From the NCBI GenBank assembly GCA_963749495.1, contig CAVVMW010000008.1:128001-192000 (forward strand): a DNA stretch of 64,000 bases. Direction: 5' to 3'. This DNA is from an uncultured bacterium. Lineage in GTDB: Bacteria; Verrucomicrobiota; Verrucomicrobiia; Limisphaerales; UBA8199. The notes below the pieces were generated by a model. It had not been told where the DNA came from, made no database searches, and saw only the letters and a program-made list of their open reading frames with translations. Position numbers and translations under genes: made by a program. Positions 53,954-61,143 of this stretch are shown here, piece after piece; position 1 is the first letter of the stretch, and each line of letters opens with the position of its first letter.

Positions 53954-55546
53954 ATGGCATTACACGGACATTGTTTCATCGGCGGCCAACTCAGCGCGGG
54001 CACGGGCGAGAGATTTCGCGCCATCAGCCCGCTCGACAGCACGGAACTGGCGCCGGACTTTTATCGGGGCGGGGCCAAGGAGGCCGACGCCGCCCTGCAA
54101 TTGGCGGAGGCGGCCTTCCGGACGAGCAGCCAGACAACGGGTGCGCAACGGGCAGCCCTGCTCGAGCGCATTGCTGACGAGATCTTGGCCCTGGGTGACG
54201 ACTTGATCTCCCGCGCCCGGCAGGAGACGGGACTTCCGGAGACGCGCCTTGTGGGCGAACGCGCGCGCACGACCGGCCAGCTCCGGCTCTTCGCCCAGGT
54301 CGCCCGCGAAGGGTCCTGGGTGGACGGGCGCATCGATTCGGCCATCGCCGACCGGCAGCCACTGCCCAAACCGGACCTGCGCCGGATGCTCGTGCCCATC
54401 GGCCCGGTGGTCGTCTTCGGGTCGAGCAACTTCCCGCTCGCCTTCTCGGTGGCGGGCGGCGATACCGCCTCGGCGCTGGCCACCGGCAACCCGGTCGTAG
54501 TCAAGGCCCACAGCGGCCACCCGGGCACCTCGGAACTGGTGGCGGGCGCCATCGTGCGCGCCATGGCATCGAGCGGCATGCCCGCGGGCCTCTTCTCGAT
54601 GCTGCACGGCGCGGGCAAAGTCCTGGGCCTGGCCCTGGTGCAACATCCGCTGGCCCGGGCCGTTGGGTTCACCGGCTCCCGAAAGGCCGGACGCGCCTTG
54701 TTCGACGCCGCCGCTGCCCGGCCCGAGCCCATCCCGGTCTTTGCCGAAATGAGCAGCCTCAACCCGGTCTTCATCCTGCCCGGCGCGCTCCATGAGCGGG
54801 CCGGCCGGATTGCGGAGGGTTTGTCGGCCTCGATGACGCTCGGCGTCGGCCAGTTCTGCACCAAACCCGGCTTGGTATTTGCCCTCGGGGGCGCCCAGTT
54901 CGGTCAATTCCAGGAGGCCCTGGCGCGCTCGATCCAGGCCGTGATGCCGGCGACCATGCTCCATGCCGGGATATACGATGCCTACCACCAGGGCCTGGCC
55001 AGGATGTCCGGCAAGACGGGCGTTGAGTTGCTCGCCTGCTCGAAGGAATCCCCCGATGCCAAACGGACCCACGGCCAAGCCATGGTGATGCGCACCGACC
55101 TGGACACCTTCCGGAAAAACCCCGAGTTGGCGGGCGAGGTCTTTGGTCCGTTTGCCCTGCTCATTTCCGCGCCGGCCATGGCCGGGCTCCAGGAAGCGGC
55201 CCAGGCCCTGGAAGGCCAACTCACCGCCACCGTGCACGGCACACCCGACGACCTCCGCCAGGCCGCGCCGCTCCTGCGCATCCTCGAACGCAAGGCGGGG
55301 CGCCTCATCCTCAACGGCTTCCCCACAGGCGTCGAGGTCTGCCCCTCGATGCATCACGGCGGCCCCTACCCCGCGACCACCGACGTGCGGTTCACCTCGG
55401 TCGGCACTGCCGCGCTCCATCGGTTCGTGCGCCCGGTTTGCTACCAGGATTTCCCCCAGGCCCTCCTCCCCGAGGCCCTCAGGGACGACAATCCCCTGCG
55501 CCTCTGGCGCACCGTCAACGGAAAGCTCGCCGCGCCCGAGAGGTGA
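53954..55546 (+). CDS. NADP-dependent aldehyde dehydrogenase (alpha-ketoglutaric semialdehyde dehydrogenase type)
   Basis: FGSSNFPLAFSVAGGD, GFTGS, AEMSSLNP, GQFCTKPG, EVFGP, HGGPYPA. Confidence 0.92.
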   Translation: MALHGHCFIGGQLSAGTGERFRAISPLDSTELAPDFYRGGAKEADAALQLAEAAFRTSSQTTGAQRAALLERIADEILALGDDLISRARQETGLPETRLVGERARTTGQLRLFAQVAREGSWVDGRIDSAIADRQPLPKPDLRRMLVPIGPVVVFGSSNFPLAFSVAGGDTASALATGNPVVVKAHSGHPGTSELVAGAIVRAMASSGMPAGLFSMLHGAGKVLGLALVQHPLARAVGFTGSRKAGRALFDAAAARPEPIPVFAEMSSLNPVFILPGALHERAGRIAEGLSASMTLGVGQFCTKPGLVFALGGAQFGQFQEALARSIQAVMPATMLHAGIYDAYHQGLARMSGKTGVELLACSKESPDAKRTHGQAMVMRTDLDTFRKNPELAGEVFGPFALLISAPAMAGLQEAAQALEGQLTATVHGTPDDLRQAAPLLRILERKAGRLILNGFPTGVEVCPSMHHGGPYPATTDVRFTSVGTAALHRFVRPVCYQDFPQALLPEALRDDNPLRLWRTVNGKLAAPER

Positions 55547-55645
55547 CCTGCCGCCCCAAAACCTCGGCTAAGGAATCTTCTTGTGCCAGATCTACAGGGA
55601 GAATGGGACCTGCTCAGTTTCCGGGCCAATCGAGCAAAGTTAGAG

Positions 55646-55697
55646 AACGGAATACGCGGAAAGCCTTTTGTTTCCCGCGTATTCCGCGTATTCCGTT
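55646..55697. repeat. 16-bp perfect inverted repeat, possible terminator
   Basis: aacggaatacgcggaa / ttccgcgtattccgtt downstream of the ALDH gene. Confidence 0.65.
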
Positions 55698-55926
55698 AAC
55701 CGATCCATGGCCCTGCGGCGCTCCCCGAAACCTTTCTTCTGGCTCGGTGTTTGGCAGGATGGAACTGGTGGAAAGGCAAGGTCCGGGTTCCGAGTGCTTG
55801 GGTGGAGCGTGGGGACTGTGGGGAAGGTGTAGAGCGCGGGGAGTGTCCGAGTGTGAAGCGTCCTGAGCGCGGACGGCGCTTGGACGCTCTCACGCTCCAC
55901 GCCCGGCACGGCACCGGGCGCTATTC

Positions 55927-56069
55927 AGAGCCTGTCCCAAAGGCTCTGATTCCGGACCTTTGTCGCAGCCTTTGTCGGCACCTTTGTCGAGAAATGGCCA
56001 ATCCGCCAAAGGTTTCGACAAAGGCTGCGACAAAGGTTCCCTACGCGCGGGGTTTTTGGGACAGGCTCT
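55927..56069. mobile_element. MITE-like palindromic element (143 bp)
   Basis: 15-bp terminal IR AGAGCCTGTCCCAAA / TTTGGGACAGGCTCT; internal 22-bp perfect IR acctttgtcgcagcctttgtcg / cgacaaaggctgcgacaaaggt. Confidence 0.75.
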
Positions 56070-56180
56070 ATTTAGTTGAACAAAGGCAGCCTGGCGGCAG
56101 TCCAAGTGGTGATTCGGTTTCAGTCCGAGGTCCGGAAACAGCGGCAGTGATTTTAATTTTCTCTTGCTCTTAAACCCACA

Positions 56181-57236
56181 ATGAACTCACGAACCCACAA
56201 GCACGGATGGTATTTCTGCCTCGGGGCCTTGGCCGCCGGGGGTCTCTGCTGGTCTGCGCAGGCCGGGGAATTGCTCGCCCCGTTCCGCGTCGAGGCCAAC
56301 GGCAAACCGATCGACATGGAGCAGGGCAACGCCGCGCCGTTCATCACGGATTTCGACGGCGACGGGGTGTTCGACCTGATGCTGGGGCAGCGTGGGGATT
56401 GCAAGCTGCGCATCTACCGCAACGTCGGGAGCAACAAGGAACCCAAGTTCGGCGTCTCGGCCTTCTTCAAGGCCGGGGGCGTTGACGCCAGCCTGCCCGG
56501 TGGCTGAGGCGCCGGCGGCTTCTGTCCACATGGCGTGGACTACGACAATGATGGCCGGATGGATTTCCTGACCGGTTCCATATCTGGGCGCGTCTATCTC
56601 TACCGGCGCAAACCCAACGGCACCTTTGGCTTGCCCGAGACCCTGAAGCTGGAGACGCGCGGGCTGATCGGCGTCGGGGGCACCCCCATCAGCGTCGGCT
56701 CCGGTTCCGCCGTGGCGATGGCCGACTGGTTCGGCTCGGGCAAACTCGACCTCTTTGTTGGCACCGCAGACGGCTCGGTCTATCTGCTGCGCAACGAGGG
56801 GACTCGCGAGAAGCCCGTGTTCCGGCGCTCCGAACGTCTCAAGGCCGATGGCAGGACCATTTCCGCCGACGGCGGGGTGGCCGGTCCGTTTGTGGCCGAC
56901 TGGGATGGGGACGGCAAGCTCGATTTGGTGCTCGGTTGCGGCTCGGGCCGTGTGGTTTATTACCGCAACATCGGCGAGAAGGGCCGGCCGCAGTTGGCTG
57001 GCGGCGTCACCCTGGTCGAACCGCTCCCGGCCCGCGACCAGTCCAATACCCGCAATCCCACCCGCAGCGGGCTCAACGCCAAAGTCTGTGTCGCCGACTG
57101 GAACGGCGACGGGCGCCCCGACCTCATTGTGGGTGATTACGTGTACGGCAACGGCGGTCTGCACGGCTGGGTTTGGGTCTATCTGCGCAATTCAGTGGAG
57201 CAAACCGCCCAGTTGGATAAGGGGCAGACGCATTAG
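56181..57236 (+). CDS. Secreted FG-GAP/VCBS repeat beta-propeller protein with in-frame TGA (candidate selenocysteine at residue 109)
   Basis: ORFs 56181-56507 and 56535-57236 share one frame; ...SLPGG-TGA-GAGGFCPHGVDYDNDG; five DxDxDG-type blades; signal peptide. Confidence 0.75.
56508..56540 (+). promoter_or_regulatory. Putative bacterial SECIS element
   Basis: GTCCAC-ATGGC-GTGGAC hairpin (56524-56540); loop starts 22 nt after the TGA. Confidence 0.5.
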
Positions 57237-57264
57237 CCGATCCTTTCCTGCAGGGGCGCAGGGG

Positions 57265-57397
57265 CGTGAAACGTGATGCGTGAAACGTGATGCGTGAAAC
57301 GTGAAACGTGAAGCGTGAAGCGAGCACCGGGGGGCGGAAGCTGGAAGGGGCACTCTGACCCGTCTGACGCGTCCGACCCGTCCGACCTGTCGGACGG
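57265..57397. repeat. Intergenic short tandem repeats: 8x heptamer CGTGAWR and about 5x nonamer TCYGACCCG-like
   Basis: cgtgaaa cgtgatg cgtgaaa cgtgatg cgtgaaa cgtgaaa cgtgaag cgtgaag; tctgacccg tctgacgcg tccgacccg tccgacctg. Confidence 0.85.
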
Positions 57398-57431
57398 AGG
57401 AGAGGGGAGGGAAGACGGTGAAACGTGAATT

Positions 57432-60400
57432 ATGAACTCGACCAAACCACGTCCCCTTTTTCGTCTTTGCCTGGTGCCGCTGCTGGCTCTGACATTGCTC
57501 GGCGCGCCAGGGCAGGCCAGGCCGCAGGCGGCGCCGGCGCCCATGCCCGCCCCGACCCAGGCGGCCGGCGCGCTATCGCGTGAGGACCAGGAACTGGAGA
57601 TCGATAAGCAACATCTGCGGCTCATTTACAAGGCCATCCAGGCCTACCGCCAACAGCATGGCGACCTGCCCAATTGGCTCTCCGATCTGGTCCCCGGGTT
57701 CCTGCCGGACACCAACGTCCTGATGTCCCCGGTGGAACTGCGCACGGGCAGATCGGTCTTGTGGGGATACGACGACCCCAAGGTGAAGAGTTCCTACATT
57801 TACGAGTTCAACCAAAGCAATGCCGGCGGGCGGAGGGACCAGGACATTCCGCTCACCATGAAGCAATGGAAGATGCTCCAAATGGAGGAGTTCGGCCCGG
57901 TGGTCCCGCTGCTGCGCTGCCACCTGCACGAGCAGGTGCTCAACCTGACTTACTCGGGAGAGCTTTATCAAACCGCCCTGTTTTGGGAATCGGACACCAA
58001 CACCCTGGCCCTGATGGCCAGGCTCGGCCCAGGCCCCGGCGCCCGCGACACAAAGCAGTTGCGCGTGACGGTCGTGGACGCCGCCAGCGGCGAGCCGGTC
58101 CCGGCTGCCCAGGTCCTGGCCTCGGACCGGCAGAGCGAGTTCGGGCCGCTCCCGCCCCGCCGCCTGACGACCGACGCCAAGGGACAATGCGAGGTCAATC
58201 TGGGCGGCAAACGCCCCAAGGCAATCCACCTGCAAATCACCAAGCCCGGCTACGCCACCGCGCAGGTGCAATGGGATGAAGCCGGCATCCCCGAGGAATG
58301 GAGCGCGCGATTGCCCAAGGCCGTCACGGTGGGCGGCCTGGTCAAGGACACCCAGGGCAAACCTGTCTCCGGCGCGATCGTCGTCATCAGCGGCCTGGCG
58401 CGCGACGCCGTGGGCCAGGTCGTGCTCACCGAATACGAGTCCGTGCGGACCGAGGCCGCCGGCAAATGGAGCTGCCATTGCGTGCCGGCCGGCTTTGACG
58501 GCCTGAACTTCAAGCTCGTTCATCCCGACTTCATGCCGGCCGAGTTCGACCAGGCGACGCCCGACAGCCCCACGGGCAAGGTGGTGACCAAAGAGGCCCT
58601 GCTGGCCGGCACCGCGGAAATGCAGTTGCAGCCGGGAACGGTGGTGGAAGGACAGGTGCAGGATGAACGGGGGCAGCCCGTGGCCCGGGCCCAAGTCGTT
58701 CTCCAGTTGACCGAGAACGAAACCACCACCAGCCGCTCCCTGGAAACGAGCGCCGCCGGCCGTTTCCGTTTCGTCGTGACCGTGACCGGCAGCGGCAGGC
58801 TGATAGCCGACGCCGCCGGTTTTGCCCCCAAACACTTCGCCCTTCCTCCACTCGAGGGCCAACCGGCCATCGACCCCGTCACCTTCACGCTGGCCAAAGG
58901 CCGGACCGTGCAAGGGCGCGTGGTGGATGCCGATGGCCAGGCGGTCGCCGGCGCTAACATCTCGGTGGCCTCGTGGAACAACTTCGGGCCGCTCAAATGG
59001 CAAGCGCAGTCCGATGCCCAAGGCCGTTTCACCTGGGACTCCGCCCCGAGCGAGCAGACAACGCTCCAGATTTCGATGCCCGGATTCGTGGACACCTACG
59101 ACCAATTGCCGCCCCCGGCAACCCGCGACTGGTCGGTCCGCCTCGACAAGCCCTTCGCGCTCTCCGGCAAAGTCCTCGATGCCGAGACCGGTGAGCCGAT
59201 CCAGAGCTTCAAGCTCACCCGGGGCTACAGCTACGGCTTCTATACCGGGAGCGATGACGAGCCGGTTCAATGGGACCAGAATCCAACGCTCCCGGGCGCC
59301 AATGGCAGCTATTCCCTCGCCCCGACGGATCAGCGTGGCGGCCGCATCAAGTACATGGCATCGGCCGATGGGTATATCCCCGCAGCCACCCCGGCCTACG
59401 AACAGCGCGGCGCCCACGTGTTCGATTTCAAGCTCAAGCGCGGCAAGGGCGTGGCTGGCGTGCTGCAGTTGCCCGGCGGCGAGCCGGTCGCGGGCGCTGC
59501 GCTCTTTCTGGCGGACAAACGCAATAATGGCGCCTACATGGACAAAGGGGGAGAATTCCGCCCCGAAATCACTCGCAGTCAGCGGGCCGTCACCGATGCG
59601 CAGGGCCGCTTCCAGTTCCAGCCCATTCTGGACCCGCACAGCATCCTGGTCGCCCATGAAAAGGGCTATGCCGAAGTCCGCGTGGATGAAGTGGCCGCCA
59701 CGGGCAAGGTCGTGCTCCAGCCCTGGGGCCGCGTCAAGGGCACGGTGAAGGTGGGCCAGCCCGGGCAAAACGGCCCCACCCGCCTGGTTGCCCTCAACAA
59801 CATGCAATACCGTTACAGCGGGGCCGACCGCCAGTTCCCCGCACTGGCCCTCTATCTCACCACTGAAATCAACGACAACGGCACCTTCGTCTTTGACAAA
59901 GTGCCTCTAGGCGATCGGAAGGTTTACTTGCAATACAAGCTCCGGGAGGACGGGCGCGGGTTTATCCCGCTCAGCCATGGCATCTTCGTCAATGTCAAGC
60001 CCGGCCAGACCACCGAAGTCACTCTGGGCGGCACGGGCCGCCCGGTCATCGGCCGCATAAAGACTGTCGGGCTTGCCGAGACGGACATCGATTGGCGCCG
60101 CGACGTACACACGCTGAACCTGAATCTCACGGCGGACATCGATAAACAAGCCCCCTACTCCCGGCAATTCGCCTCCGATGCCGAGCGTCAGAAGGCCTTC
60201 CAGGACTACCAGAACCAGCAGCGGGCCTACTGGACCTCCGAAGAGGGACGCACCCGCCAACGCGAGTCCAGGTCTTATCTGTTGCTCTTCAATGAAGACG
60301 GCAGCTTCCGTGTCGATGCCGTTCCTCCGGGGACTTACCTGCTGAACGTCACGCCCACCGAGCCCGGCGAACAGCAATTCCAGGACAAACCCTTGGGCAC

Positions 60401-60515
60401 ATTGTCCAAAGAAATCGTCGTCCCCGAGGCCCCCGCCGACCAGCGCGACACCCCCTTCGACCTCGGGACACTCGAATTGAAGATCAACAAGAGTCAGTCG
60501 GGCGGGAACCGGTAG
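57432..60515 (+). CDS. Secreted protein with multiple carboxypeptidase-regulatory-like (transthyretin-like) domains and a pilin-like N-terminal domain
   Basis: Signal peptide; LRLIYKAIQAYRQQHGDLPNWLSDLVP; repeated GxVxDxxGxPVxGA...TDAxGRF. Confidence 0.85.
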   Translation: MNSTKPRPLFRLCLVPLLALTLLGAPGQARPQAAPAPMPAPTQAAGALSREDQELEIDKQHLRLIYKAIQAYRQQHGDLPNWLSDLVPGFLPDTNVLMSPVELRTGRSVLWGYDDPKVKSSYIYEFNQSNAGGRRDQDIPLTMKQWKMLQMEEFGPVVPLLRCHLHEQVLNLTYSGELYQTALFWESDTNTLALMARLGPGPGARDTKQLRVTVVDAASGEPVPAAQVLASDRQSEFGPLPPRRLTTDAKGQCEVNLGGKRPKAIHLQITKPGYATAQVQWDEAGIPEEWSARLPKAVTVGGLVKDTQGKPVSGAIVVISGLARDAVGQVVLTEYESVRTEAAGKWSCHCVPAGFDGLNFKLVHPDFMPAEFDQATPDSPTGKVVTKEALLAGTAEMQLQPGTVVEGQVQDERGQPVARAQVVLQLTENETTTSRSLETSAAGRFRFVVTVTGSGRLIADAAGFAPKHFALPPLEGQPAIDPVTFTLAKGRTVQGRVVDADGQAVAGANISVASWNNFGPLKWQAQSDAQGRFTWDSAPSEQTTLQISMPGFVDTYDQLPPPATRDWSVRLDKPFALSGKVLDAETGEPIQSFKLTRGYSYGFYTGSDDEPVQWDQNPTLPGANGSYSLAPTDQRGGRIKYMASADGYIPAATPAYEQRGAHVFDFKLKRGKGVAGVLQLPGGEPVAGAALFLADKRNNGAYMDKGGEFRPEITRSQRAVTDAQGRFQFQPILDPHSILVAHEKGYAEVRVDEVAATGKVVLQPWGRVKGTVKVGQPGQNGPTRLVALNNMQYRYSGADRQFPALALYLTTEINDNGTFVFDKVPLGDRKVYLQYKLREDGRGFIPLSHGIFVNVKPGQTTEVTLGGTGRPVIGRIKTVGLAETDIDWRRDVHTLNLNLTADIDKQAPYSRQFASDAERQKAFQDYQNQQRAYWTSEEGRTRQRESRSYLLLFNEDGSFRVDAVPPGTYLLNVTPTEPGEQQFQDKPLGTLSKEIVVPEAPADQRDTPFDLGTLELKINKSQSGGNR

Positions 60516-60585
60516 TATGGCGGCAGCCCACTCTACGCGGATCGTGTTGATTTTGCCGGCTGGCGAAGCCAATGTGGACTGTTTC

Positions 60586-61075
60586 GTCCCGGAGGGACAC
60601 CTGAGAATAGCCCAACGTTTCAACGCCTGTCATTACGCACATCGTTGGCCTCGCTCATTGACTGGAACTTATCGTATCCGTTGCCCTCAGGCCGAAGGCC
60701 TGGCTCATACCAGCCCAGGGCAACGCCCTGGGTTTCCGTGCAGTTTAATTCTGTTGCAGGCCAACGGCCTGCTTCATAGGGGTCATTGGCTGCGGGCACC
60801 TCAAACGGAGGTCGCCGGGCCGCTACGGCAATCCCTTAGCACAATGAGTCGCGCTTTCAGCGCTCAGAATCGGTCTTGGGCCGAAGAACCCAGGGCGTTG
60901 CCCTGGGCTGGTATGAATGACGCCCTTGGCGTCCCAAACTGGCCCGCACTGCCTCCTGGGTGGTGCGTCGCGGCGAGTTCTTGCGCCATGAAGGGGAACT
61001 GATATGACCGGTGAGGAGATGTGGCTAAAAACAAGCGTTGAGACGTTGGGCTATTCTCGGATGTCCCTTCGGGAC
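60586..61075. repeat. Nested REP-like composite
   Basis: Outer 41-bp arms (60586-60626, 61035-61075) match the 48.1-kb element; inner perfect 30-bp arms 60705-60734 / 60887-60916. Confidence 0.85.
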
Positions 61076-61143
61076 AAAGGCCAGGTCCAGAGCGGCGGCC
61101 TGTTGGGCACCTCGCATTTAGAAAGACTCAACATTATCGAACC

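Noticed and set aside
57265..57397. CRISPR array
   Set aside because: Units are 7-9 bp with no spacers; no cas genes in the window
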